Source: Octopus sinensis (taxonomy: Eukaryota). From it: DNA of 64,000 nt. How positions within the stretch are numbered: position 1 is the stretch's first letter; each line of letters starts with the position of its first letter. Positions 37,251-50,481 of this stretch are shown here, in pieces. The stretch spans positions 63,984,001 to 64,048,000 of the forward strand of contig NC_043001.1 of the NCBI RefSeq assembly GCF_006345805.1, in the 5' to 3' direction. Under the pieces are notes generated by a model. The model was not told the DNA's origin and ran no database searches. It saw nothing but the letters and a program-made list of their open reading frames with translations. Both the position numbers and the translations under genes were made by a program.

Positions 37251-38606
37251 ACGAGAAGTAAGATTCCAAGCAGACCATATATGTTTTCCAACAATACAAA
37301 GTTCTTAAATTAATTATTGACATCCTAGAGAAGGTAAATATACTCATAAAGATGTGGATATAAATTTCAAGAAACATGAGGAAAGACGCCGATCAGACCA
37401 CGATTAAGTTCGCATCTAACTGTTGCAAACAAAATTCTATAGTAGTATGAAAGATAGCAGGGGTAGGTCGAGGAAGCTGACTAGCTAGAGCAAAGAACAA
37501 AAGAAGAAAAATAATATGGGGGTGTAAAAAGAAATAAAGATACTAAAAAGAAAGGTAAGTCTATTTCTATGGTGACAGAAAATCTAGGTCAGTGTGGAAG
37601 GAATCTTAAATTCTTAGGAGAACTGTAAGTTTGACCTAGCTTTCAACTAAAAACTGTCAGAAATAGTGGGATTAAAAATAAAGGAAGATCAAAGGAAAAC
37701 ACTAAAGGGGTCATAGATTATCAGTAGAGAAAGATACAGTAAGAAAATTAAGGTTAACACTAGAATAGAAGGCTGTTTATTTATTATTGTTTATATTTTA
37801 ACTTTTGTTTTTATATGGTAAGAAGGAATTTAGGTCAACATCTAGAGGTTAATTAAAATCAATAGCAAATGGTAGGGGAACTGTACCTATTCAAAATTCA
37901 TAGTGAAAATCAAATGTATAACTAAGAGAATAGTATTACATGTTAAATTTAGGATAGAATTAGGAAAAATAGCAATTTCTTGATTTAAGTAAGGTTAATT
38001 AAGTTGACTATAAAGTCAATTAAAAATTAGCATAGTACATTTATTATTTATTTTTATATTAAAAAAGATACAGTTAGAAAGAACAACAATAGGAGAACCT
38101 ACAAATTTCTATTTAAAATATTTTAAAGTTTTGATTTTTGAATGAATACAAGACACCTAACTCTATACGATTATTTAGTAGATTTTTATTTTTTCTATAC
38201 TTTAGAATCTCGTATGTCTCCATGGAACAGCCTACCCTATTATTTCTATAAGGTACTGCCCTTCTAACTATTTCCCATTTTAGGTTATATTTAATATTAT
38301 TAGTTTTGAGTTCCCAAATTTTACTGGAAAGTGTAGTGCAACCTGCTTTATGATCTAATCGGAAAGAGGCAAGATGATTGCTAAATTTCTGTTTAAAATT
38401 AATAGTACAACCCAGGTAAAAAAAAGTTACTATTAGAAGCTGTTATAGTACATTTATAGATTACATTATGGACCGAACAACGACCAGATGCCGGACATTT
38501 TGGTTTTAATCACCCCACATAATTTTATGGGTAATACCATAAAAAAATTCTGGTGCATCTAAGTTAAGTACCATATTCATTTGAATCTAAATTGTTTTGC
38601 TGAAAT

Positions 38607-38721
<115 letters not shown>

Positions 38722-38754
38722 TATATAAGTATATATATACATGCATATATAATC

Positions 38755-41240
38755 ATCATCGTCGTATAACATCCACTTTCCATGCTGGCATGGGTTGGAT
38801 GGTTTGATTGAGGATTTGCGAGCCAGAAGGCTGCGCCAGGCTCGAATCTGATCTGGCAAAGTTTCTCTAGCTGGATGCCTTTCCTAATGCCAACCACTCT
38901 GAGAGTGTAGTGGGTGCTTTTACGTGCCACTGATACGAGGTCCAGTCAGGTTCTGGCAATGACTATGCTCGAAAGGGGTTTTTTACGTGCTACCTGCACG
39001 GGAGTCAGTCTGGCGGCACTGGCAACGACCACGCTCAAATGTTGATTTTCACGTTGTACCAGCACATGTGCTGGTAAGGCGACATTGGCAATGATCACAC
39101 TCGAATTGGCCTTTTTATGTGCTACCAGCATGGGAGCCAATCCGCGGCCCTGGCAACGATCAAACTCGGATGTGCTTTTAACGTTCAACTGGCATAAGTG
39201 CTAATCAGGCAGTACTGTCATCTGCCACATCAGCGATTTTGGTTTCACTTGCCTCAACAGGTCTTTGCAAGCAAAGTTTATTGTCCATTGAATGAGAGCT
39301 ATTCATATGTGGTCTGGTTATACCCACTGGCATAGGCCACGAGCTATGGTCTCACATGGCTTGTTGGGTCTTCTCAAGCACAGCATATCTCCAAAGGTCT
39401 CGGTCACTGGTCATTGCCTCGGTAAAACTCAATGTTTGACGGTCGTGCTTCACCACCTCATCCTAGGTCTTCTTGGGTCTACCTCTTCCACAGGTTCCCT
39501 CAACAGCTAGGGTGTGGCACTTTTTCACAGAGCTTTTCTCATTCATTCGCAACACATTCGTCTCTCTTGCACACCATATCTGATGCTTCTTAAATCCAAC
39601 TTTTCTCTCAGGGTACTAACACTCTGTCGTGTATGCACATTGACATTATGTGTAATGTCAATGTGCATACACGACAGTGCATACTGGCTTCTTTCCTTGC
39701 AAGCTGATGCATGTTCTCAGCAGTCACAGCCCATGTTCCACTGACATGTGACATATGCATCATACAGTCTACCTTTAACTCTGAGCGAGAGGCCCTTTGT
39801 CACCAGGAGAGGTAGGAGCTCTCTAAACTTTGCTTTGGCTATTGTTATTCTAGCAGCTACATTTTCAGAGCATTCACTTCCGCTACTGACTTGATAACAG
39901 AAGCTATCAACTGCTTGTAGTGCTGGTATGTGACAGAAGCTGTTCTCTGCACATTTTCAGTGTTTATAGCACCTGAACATTTGCCACATACAAAAACTAT
40001 CTTTCCATTTAGCCTTCCTTTGTTATTGCTGCACCTCTTATGTATCCATAGCTTATACTGGGTACATCTTATGGATTTTCTACCTATGCCTTTTCTACAG
40101 ATCGAGCAGGACCATCTACCTGAAGGGATTTGTTGTCTGTCTGCTTTCCTACTTATTAAGACTTTGGTTTTACCTAAGTTGACTCTATGTCCCTTTGATT
40201 TTAATCCTTGCTTCCACACCTAAAACTTCTCCTCTAGTTCTGATAGTAACTGAGCAATTAGAGCAAGGTCATCAGCATGGAGGATCTCCCAGGTGCATCC
40301 TGTCTTGAATTCCTCTGTTATTGCCTGGAGGACTATGATGAATAAGAGGAGGCTGAGGACTGATCATTGTGTACCCCTAACCATACCCAGAATTCTTCAC
40401 TGTACTCGTTGCCCACCCTCACCTTACTGACAGCATCCCTGTACATGGCTTGTACAGCTCTCACTAACCATTCATCTATCCCTAGTTTCCTCATTGACCA
40501 CCAGATAAGGGATCGGGGGGCTCTGTCAAAGTCTTTCTCTATGTTAACAAAAGCCAGATACAAAGGATAATCTTTAGCTAGGTATTTCTCCTGCAGCTGT
40601 CTTAAATATAGCATCAGTGATGCTTTTCCCTGGCACGAACCCAAACTGCATCTCATCTAGCCTGACCCTTTCCCTAATTAGTTGGGCTATGACCCTCTCC
40701 GTGACCTTTCAACAACTTGATACCTCTGTAATTATTTGTATCAGCAACTTGATACTTCTGTAATTATTTGTATCTAAAGTGTCACCTTTACCTTTGTAGA
40801 AGTTGACTATTATGCTGCTACACCAGTCATTGGGTATGACTCCTTCGTGTATCACCTGGTTAACTATACCGGTGACTAGGCTATAGCCGACACTACCCTT
40901 AATTGCTTTATCTACCAATGTTGGGTCGGCAACTGGCAACTGGAAGACTCTCTTTCTCCCATTCATTCATTTATTTAAGACCCTTTCCAAACCTCCCTCT
41001 TTGCAGCCTCGTTTAATGCAAGTGAACCATCATCCATGTGGACACATTTCTCTCCTACGACATCACGATTCTCTCTCACACACAGTCTTGCAACAGGAAA
41101 TACCTCAAATGTTTGGTTCCCATGGCACAGAACATTGGCAAATTTCTTCTTATCTGCTTCCCCTCTGGCTAAATAAACCTGTCTCCTAGCTTCCCTTGTG
41201 GCAGCCTGATATAATTCCCTGCTACCACTATTCTTCCAGC
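38755..41240 (-). mobile_element. Decayed RTE-clade LINE (same family as 27812-29433)
   Basis: GVIPNDWCSS...NNYRSIKL; RQLQEKYL; PHD-like insert; 3' UTR and (GAT) tail. Confidence 0.9.
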
Positions 41241-43592
41241 GGACACCACGGAAAACACTTTCTATCGTATAAAATCAAAAAGATTTCCTCCCAGGATTAA
41301 AAGCTTGGAAGATTTCGAAGCGGACTTGCTGAAAATTATGAACAAAATAAAATTTCGTAAATTGAAAAAAGATATTAAACATATAAAAAGCTCCAAGAAA
41401 AAAGCACTTTTTTCGGACAAAACCAAGATAACAGCAAATACACACAATTCTTACACAACAGCATCATTAATAATTACACTAACGCTAGGGCACAGACATA
41501 TAACGAAATTAATAAAGAAGCTAGCGTCATCGCCGCTAAACTTAAATTAGATAAAAAAATAGAAGCCCTTCCCCAAAAAGAGGCCTTTATTACCATTAAA
41601 GACCACAAAGAGAACTTCCTTTCCAACCCAAAATGTAGGCTTATCAACCCAGCCAAGTCAGAACTTGGGATTATTAGTAAAGAAATTTTAGATAAAATAA
41701 ATGCGAAAATTAAGACCGATACTAGGCTAGTACAATGGTCCAATAGTATAGAAGTCGTGGACTGGTTTAAGGCCATTAAGAATAAGAAAAAAGCGAGGTT
41801 TACACAATTCGATATTGTTGATTTTTATGCCTCTATCTCTAAAGAACTGCTAGATAAAGCCCTCGTCTTCGCTAGCGACTTCATAGAAATTAGTACAAAG
41901 GATAAGGACATAATCTTCCATGCTAGAAAGACCTTACTTTTCAGTGAGAACGCAAAGTGGGTAAAAAAACACCGACACAGAGGGCGCTTTCGATGTGAGC
42001 ATGGGGTCATATGATGGGGCAGGCATTTGCGATCTTATTGGATTTTTTCTCCTAGATACCTTATGTACGACATTCCCTGACGTACATTTCGCCATCTACA
42101 AAGATGGTGCCCTCGCCTTAACAGCTAATAAAAATGGACCAGCACAAGATCGTTTTAGGAAGGATATTATCCAGTTAATGAAATACTTCAGACTTAATAT
42201 AACTATAGATACTAACCTGATGATTGTCAATTTCTTAGACGTTTCCTTAGATCTTAATAAGAATATTTATAAACCTTATAGGAAGCCCAATGATAGACTA
42301 AGTTATATTAATGTAGGTTTATGCCATCCCCCTATAGTATTCAAAAATTTAGTTAAAAATATTAGTAAGAGGATTTCTAGCCTCTCCTCTGATAAGGACA
42401 TCTTTAATAGCGTTGCCCCAGTTTATAATAAGGCTTTAAAAGATAGTGGTTTTAGCGAAAAAATAAAATATACATCCGTTACTAGCCCAACAGTAAGGAA
42501 AAGGAATAATAGAAATAGGAAGGTCATCAGGTTTACACCCCCTTACTCACCCGAGGTGGCCTTCAATATAGGTAAATATTTCCTAACACTGATAGATAGA
42601 CATTTTCCAGTTAACCATGCTTATAGGAAACTCTTCAATAGACACAATTTAAAAATTAGTTTTAGTTCCACTACCAATTTTAAAAACATAATCAAACATA
42701 ACATACAAAAAACACAACAAGAAAACAGCTGTTCATGCAGGAATAAAGAATTGTGCCCGCTAAATGGAGCTTGCATGTCCAAGACCATCATATATGAAGC
42801 TACCGTAGACTCTATAACCACTAAAGACACCATTTCGACGAAGAAATACGTGGGCCTTACAGAGGGTAATTTCAAGGCCAGGTTCAATAACCACACTTTG
42901 AGCTTTAGGCACTGGAATAAAAGAAAAGCGACACAATTATCTAATCATATTTGGTCTTTAAGAGATAAAGGTGTCGATTATAAAATACATTGGAAGATTT
43001 TGGCCAAATGTAAGCCCTATACCAATGGCAGCGGAAGGTGCAGTCTATGCGACATGGAGAGATGACTTATCTGGAAAAGCAGCTTAGACCCTACTACATG
43101 TCTAAATTCAAGGACAGAACTTTTCGGATCATGCCCACATGTGACTAAATTTCTGTTACGTTTTTGGTCCCCTAAAGAACATGCTTTCTGTTATGTTTTA
43201 CCTCATCGTACCTTCTATCATATATTTTTTATATATATTTTATGTATATATTTTTTTATATATTTATATATATTTTTTATGTATTTTTATATAATTTTTA
43301 TGACGAAATATGCGAGTGAAGATGTGTACGTTCACATAGCGATGTATAAGTACGCAGGCAAGCAGAGTTATAACACAGTAATTTCCCATTGTATAACGGT
43401 ATTTTTTCATAGCGTTTTCAAATAGCCAGATAACCGAAGAGATGGCGGCGTGGATTCCCACTTCGGCATCTGAAACTCAGAGATTTATCTTGACTATCGA
43501 GTAATGTAACATATTATTTTATAGATAAATTTCCTCTATTTACACAATATTGAGGTCTCTTTCTTTCTTTTGTTATCTTACCGTTTTACCAA
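41241..43592 (+). mobile_element. Penelope-like element, 5'-truncated (same family as 30223-32771)
   Basis: FDIVDFYASIS; ORF 41995-43065 with MGSYDGA, VNFLDV, IIYEATV...KYVGLTEGNFKARFNNH, CSLC. 3' pLTR holds a hammerhead relic at 43428-43490 (stem I AGAUAA/UUAUCU). Confidence 0.93.
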
Positions 43593-43614
43593 TATATATA
43601 TATATATAATATTA

Positions 43615-43740
43615 AATTTGAGATAAAACCACTATTAGGCAAATCAAACAGTGAAAAGCATAAGCCAATACATAAAATTAATTAAAAATATAAAAGTTAA
43701 AAATTAAAAAATTATTTAAATAATTTAAACTTATAAATTT

Positions 43741-43785
<45 letters not shown>

Positions 43786-44700
43786 TTTTATATTTATATA
43801 TTATTTTATTTATTAATTAATTAATTTATTTATTTATTTAATTTTTTTATATAAATATCAAAAGTATTAAAAGTTTAATAAAAGATAAAGAGTAAAACAC
43901 TACGATCGTTTCATGGCTGTACCAATTCGAATAACAATAATTTAAATTCAATTAATAATTGGAGTTATGGTTACAGTCAATCTTCAGGTTAATTGAAATA
44001 TTTTAAAAATAATCAGAAATATTTAAACAATATTTTAAAGATATAAATAATATAATAATTTACTTATAATAAACTCTATTATCAAACTAGAAACTTAAAA
44101 CTTAATAATTATGATTATATCAAAATCGATTATAATGTTAAATATTAATTTTAATTTATAAGGTAAGAAACCCACTAATAATCTGATATCAGTAATAGTC
44201 TATATCTAATTACATAAATATTTTTTTAAAAATTACTATTATATATAAATTATCAATGAAAATATATAAATGTATATAAATATTATAATTAAGATCTAAA
44301 ATAATCTCTATAAATAAATATATATGCACATATAATAAAGACCTAATAAATTAATTTTTTATATTTAAAGATGAAATAGCTAATTTCAAAAATACAAACA
44401 AACAAACTTAAACGAACTTTCGGAAATCTTATTTAAAATACTTATAGAAATAATCAAAGTATCGAATAAATACTATAAATACTATAAATATATTTATCAA
44501 TGGGAATAACTAGCAAATATCAATTTAAAAAGACAATAACTAAGTTATGCTATTAAGTTAGACATGGCCTGGACCAATCTTTGGTCGAAACATATCTAAG
44601 TTTATCAAAGTTTATCTAATTTTAATTATAAGAAATTTAAAACTACAATTAATACTATTAATACATGTATATACAAAAACCTAACTTTAGACAACTCATA
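43615..44700 (-). mobile_element. AT-rich PLE pLTR-like repeat related to 7574-8290
   Basis: Shared end GAGA.AAA.CCACTATTA.GCAA.TCAAACA and a homologous hammerhead. Confidence 0.6.
43897..43991 (-). ncRNA. Type I hammerhead motif, intact core, weak stem I
   Basis: AC-CUGAAGA-UUGACUGUA...UACAGCCAU-GAAAC-GAUC-GUA-GU, palindrome ACGAUCGU. Confidence 0.65.
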
Positions 44701-44761
44701 TACTTGCTATATACACATATATATACACACACATATATATATATATATATATACATATATA

Positions 44762-45240
44762 TCTTTTACTATTTTACATGTTTCAGTCATTTGACTGCGG
44801 CCATGCTGGAGCACTACCTTTAGTCGAGGAAATCGACCCCAGGACTTATTTTTTGTAAGCCTAGTATTTATTCTATCAGTCTCTTTTGCCGAACTGCTAA
44901 GTTACAGGGATGTAAACACACCAGCATCGGTTGTCAAGCGATGTTGGGGGCTACAAACACACACACACACACATATATACATATATACGACAGGCTTCTT
45001 TCAGTTTCCGTCTGCCAAATCCACTCACAAGGCTTTGCTCGGCCTGAGGCTATTGTAGAAGACACTTGCCCAAGGTGCCATGCAGTGGGACTGAACCTGG
45101 AACCATGTGGTTGGTTGGTGAGCAAGCTACTTGCCACACAGCCCCTCCTGCACCTATATAGTAGAAAACACCTAGCCAAGGTACCACGAAGTTGGACCGA
45201 ACCCAGGACCATGTGGTGGGAAACAAGCTTCTTACCACAC
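44762..45240 (-). mobile_element. SINE family A plus an extra head fragment
   Basis: Matches family A. Second diverged head at 45160-45240. Confidence 0.88.
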
Positions 45241-45319
45241 AATATCGCTATATATATATATACATATGTACAGTATGTATATATTGTGTACATATATATA
45301 TATATAAATATATATACAA

Positions 45320-48300
45320 CAGCTGCATCCTTGTTGCACGAGAAAAGCCATTGCCAAGAAAACTTACTGAAATGATTCATGATTGTTGCTATGTGATGCC
45401 CTTATATGACTTTTAAGCCCGGCCAAGCTTTTACACATTTTATTACATACTAGATAACTGTGCTGGCTGGCAAGAGAAACAGGCGCCACCATATGCACTC
45501 TCTTAACATGTCTTTTTAGACCTCCAACATTTTACACATGTTCTGTTAAGAATTTTAATAGTCACATCATTGTTTATCATGGGTTGATTTCTATGAGAAC
45601 TCTGATGGCTTTCCAGGCCTGCAAGACTCAAACACCTCCGCCCACAAACCACACATATAAAAAGCAACACTCTCACTTTCCACAGGTTCCCCCCTTCTAA
45701 GCCCCCTCCTAATTCTTTCATACTTCACTCTCTCCCTCTCAAACCTTGAATATCTAACATGCACTATCTTCCTCCATTCTTCACGGTCTTGTGCCTCCCT
45801 CTCCCAATTACCAGCTGCAATTCCTGTCTTTATTAGAACATTTTAAGGCAATCCTTAAACCTTAATTTAGGCTTATGCGCTGGTCTTCTGCCATCTTCCA
45901 GCTCACCATACAATAGCTGCTTGGGCAGTTGCTCATCACTCATCACTCATCCTTACCAAATGTCCTCCCCACCTCAAACGTCTTTGCAAAATCATTGACT
46001 CTATATTTCTACTACCACTCATCTCAAGCACCTCCACATTACTAATGGCCATTTTCCAGTTTATCCCCAAAAGTTTTCTCAGACACTATTGATGAAATCG
46101 TTCCAGTTACCTTACCTGTCTACGGTAAACAACCCATGCCTCACTTCCATATAGCAAAGATGAGAGGACGCATGTGTTATATACCTTCACTTTAATTCGT
46201 GAAGATATGTGGTTTCCACAGACACCTATCAAGCCTACTAAAAGCACTACTAGCCCTACTAATTCTGCATGAAATTTCATCATCAAGACCAACAGTGCTC
46301 AAGGTACTCCCTAAATAAATAAATCTAAGTACAGTCCCCAATCTTTGACAGTTATAAAAGGTTCCACATACATCTTGGAGGGAGCGGGCTGGTACATTAT
46401 AACAATTTTTTTAGATTGATTGTTAGACCCAGTGCTGCACATGCTGCAGAAATCGCATTCACCATGTGCTGCATATCTTTCTAAGAATGTGCCAACAAGT
46501 CACAATCACCTGCATACAGAAACTCAACAAGGTGAGAATGCAGAACTTACGTTTTGGCACAGAATCTTTTGAGGTTGAACAGTTTTCCTGTTGTCCTATA
46601 TCTTATTTAGACCCCTTCAGGGCAATCTTTAAAAACTATTTGAAAGACTATTGGGAAATATATAGCAAACAGTGTAGGAGCAGGGATATCATCTTGTTTT
46701 ACACCATTTTCTACAGAAATTGGATCTGATGAGGTACCTCCAACATTAACTCTCACTTCCATCTTGTCACGAAATTGTCCAAGCATTCTCACAAATTTTT
46801 CAGGGCATCCTAGCTTTTTGAGGATCTCCCAAAGTGCAATTCTATTGATAGAATCAAACGCTTTTGTTAGGTCAATGAAAACCTAGTATAAGTCCATATC
46901 TTGTTTGATGCACTTCTCTTGCAACTGTCTAGCCGAAAATATCATATCCTTTCCATTGTTCAATTTTCTGATTGCTGCTTTTATTTTAGCCAGGTTTGGA
47001 ACTTCTGCTATAAGATCTTTTATTGGTCTCTTGGATATATTATCAAGAAAAGAGAGATTAACTTCAGTGGGTCTATTGAGCAACTCATTAAAATGTTCTT
47101 TCCATCTCCCAACAATATCTTTAGGATTTGTTAATAATCCTGTGCCATCCTTCCTCTGAAGTGGTGCAACCTTTGATGAAACTGGTCCATAAACGTTTTT
47201 CAAGAGAGAGTAAAAAAGTTTGGAATTGTTAGCATTTGAGGCTTCTTGGATTTCATCACATCTATCACTCCAATTTTCCTGCATCATCCGTAGCTTCCTC
47301 TGCACTGTTGCTTTTACTACCTTGAAATATGTAGCCACTGTCCTGTTCGTTGACATGTTAACATTTTGCAACATGTTAAATGCCTTTCGCTTCTCCCCTA
47401 AGATAAGATTAACTTCATTATTATCATCAAACCAATCTTTGTGTTTTTTACAACAAAGCATTTCTTTGAATGACTTCCAGTTTCCATCACAGGACAAATT
47501 ATTTATCTCACCCACAAACTCACAGTGTACTGATTGAATCTTAAGTTTATTCACATCAATCCGTTTAGGTAATTTGACATTATTTGCTCTAACCTTTAGC
47601 TTAATAACAAAATTCATCTTGGCACACAAAAGCCTATGATCAGTCCAGCACTCTGCACTACGCATCACTCGTACAATAGCAAAGTCCCTAGTATCTCATT
47701 TTCTGGTGAGAGTGTAATCTATAAGATGCCATTTCTTAGAACCAGGGTGCATCCATGTCATTTTATACTTATTCTTTAGTTGAAACATTGTATTCATGAC
47801 ACACAAATCCATTTCTATTCACGTTTGTAACAGTAGCAAACCATTACTGTTGGAACTCCCAACCCCAAGTCTCTCAATCTTTAGCAATGCGAGCATTAAA
47901 ATCATCCAAAATGACAACTTTGTCATCATGGGATGATATTGCGTATAATCTCTCTAAGTGACAGATAGAAGGCAAGTTTATCATGCTCTGATGAATTCAT
48001 AGTCGGAGCACTTATGAGTGTTGCATAGTGACCTTTTCTTAATGGCAGCCTTAAAGACATTAAATGATCCGAATGACCACATGGTAGTTCCTCAAGTTTT
48101 GAAGTCAGAGTGGTTTTGATAGCAAATCCCACTCCTGATTCTCTCTTATAGGTCTCCTCTCTACCACTCCGAAAGAAATGATATCCAACAGATTTCTCTA
48201 CGAAATTCCCCTTCCCACGAATTCTTGTTTTGGCTAATGCTACAACATGCATATCATATTGCTGTAACTCTTTTGCAACAAGCGTGGATCTTCTCTCTGG

Positions 48301-48840
48301 ATGAGATTTCAGTCAATGATTGTCTAATAACGTTTGAACATTCCAACATCTTATATTCATAGGCTTGTATCTTAACTTGAATTTACTCACAGTCGCAGGA
48401 TGATGGGCGGATCCAGACTGTGGTGCCCTGGGATACCTGCTGGGCCAGAACATAGAACAAAATGTTCCAGAGTCCTTTTCTTCATTTTCTTCATTATCAG
48501 TTTGAACTTTCATTGTTTAGATGTGCCTTTTAAAGCTTCAGCCAGTCATGTACATACAAGATGTTCATTTCTTTTTCCTCTCCAGCAATACCTGTGCTTG
48601 AAACTTTTTAAAGTGAGGAAAAGTTTTGCACAGCAACCATTCCCACTCTCTAAACTACAAAGCATGATCCAAAAAGAAGAGCAAGCTGACATCATTGGGT
48701 TCATTTGCAGTCACAGGTTTTATATCATGTGTCCTTCTCCCAGTCTTTGCCCAACCAAAGGCTAACTACAAGACAGCAGTGAAGTATTTAAATTCAGAGT
48801 TACTTTCTCCTAGATAGACTGCCTTTGCCATGACTTGGGG
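45320..48840 (-). mobile_element. Near full-length decayed RTE (BovB-like) LINE
   Basis: NIRCWNVQTLLD; ESGVGFAIK; WTDHRL; DMIFSARQLQEKC; GVKQ; LLYGSEAW; C-terminal CVVCGRRCLSLAGLESH. RTE-type 5' UTR (CTAGGAGAAAGTAACTCTG). Confidence 0.9.
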
Positions 48841-49109
48841 AAAACAGAGGGGCTCCTCATCTATTTTTAAAAAAATTAAATAAATAAAAAAATAAAATAA
48901 GAGAAATAAATACAAATTAAAAATTGGGATAAAAACTGTGTAAATTTAAAAATAAGATTGACATACAATACATACAATTTAAAAGCACAATATACAATAT
49001 GTACACACACATACTGAAATACAGTATTTACAATACACACACACATAGAGTTTAAAATGCAATATATACAATACACACACACAAGCACTCCACAAACATA
49101 TGTAGTTGA

Positions 49110-49300
49110 ATGGCTGTTGACTACTTTGTAGTTCCTCCACCCTTTGACAGGTCTTAATTTTTGTCCCACATGGTGTTCAACAAGCATCCACCTCACCAAG
49201 TAAGCCTGGTGGAGTTGCCAGTTTAGTCGCCAACGACCCAACCATGGAATAGATTATACTGGACTACATGGTGCCAGGAGCACTGAAGAACAACCTGATA
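49110..49300 (+). repeat. Interspersed repeat (second copy 59480-59680)
   Basis: CACCAAG.AA.CCTGGTGG.GTTGCCAGTTT.GTCGCC.ACGACCC.ACCATG is shared by both copies. Confidence 0.7.
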
Positions 49301-49334
49301 TATTTGTGTGTGTGTGTGTATATGTATATATATA

Positions 49335-49563
49335 TTTCTTTACTACCCACAAGGGGCTAAACACAGAGGAGTCAAACAAGGACAGACAAACGGGTTAAGT
49401 CGATTACATCGATCCCAGTGCGTAACTGGTACTTAATTTATCGACCCCGAAAGAATGAAAGGCAAAGTCGACCTCAGCGGAATTTGAACTCAGAACGTAG
49501 CGGCAGACGAAATACGGCAACGCATTTCGCCCGGCGTGCTAACGTTTCTGCCAACTCACCGCC
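49335..49563 (-). mobile_element. SINE family B, full length
   Basis: Reverse complement of 5224-5454. Confidence 0.9.
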
Positions 49564-49616
49564 TATGTATATGTATATGTATATATATATGCATATATAC
49601 AATATATATATATATT

Positions 49617-49687
<71 letters not shown>

Positions 49688-49689
49688 GT

Positions 49690-50481
49690 ATATAGGGGAA
49701 AATAAGAAAAATCAACGAAAATGTACATTGTAAATAAAAAAAGAGAAGGCTTTTTATGAAAGGTAACGACAGATATATACATTTAGATGGACTGAAGTAG
49801 TAATAAAAGTCATAAAAGTCATTATTATGAGATGATTAAAGATTCAGTAAGCATACCATGATTTCGTCATAAGCTATTCATTGCTTTGAATGAACACCGG
49901 CTAATGAACGGTGTCAGGTCTAATAGTTCCTGAGTAAAAAGATTATTTGTAAGGAAGGTAAGTAGTTCTGGATTTTGTGCAGTTAGGTTAGATATAGAAT
50001 TGTAATGTGAAAGGTGAAAGGAATGTATGGGGGTTAGTGGTGTTAATTCAAGGGTTAGTAGTGTTTTGTATTAAGTTGTGTGTTCATATTTAGTTAGGGA
50101 AGACATTTATTGATGAAAGTTGCCTCTTTATTCAACCTTAGTTGCAGTGAGGTGTTCTGTGAGCATTGATAGAAGGGGAAGATTTGGAAATTAGGATTAA
50201 GATTCCTAGCACACCTTTCTATGTGTTCACTAACCTGTAACTGTCTGTATTGTGGGTGGCGGATTTGTTCTTTGTGGCTGGTGGTTTTTCGACGGAGTGA
50301 TATTCCTGCTTGTCCAATATAGTGGTTACCACATCCTAAGCATGTCATGGCATAGATTAGATTTTCCGAGGCGCATGTGAAATTTAATTTGATCTTAAAT
50401 ATTTCTCTTTGTTTGAAGTGGAATTCTGAACCTTCCAAAAGGTGGGGGCATGTTCCACAGTTAGGACGACAACATTTTTTC
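49690..50481 (-). mobile_element. Penelope-like 3' fragment (GIY-YIG + pLTR)
   Basis: KKCCRPNCGTCPHL...NLIYAMTCLGCGNHYIGQAG. Hammerhead relic at ~49851-49918. Confidence 0.85.
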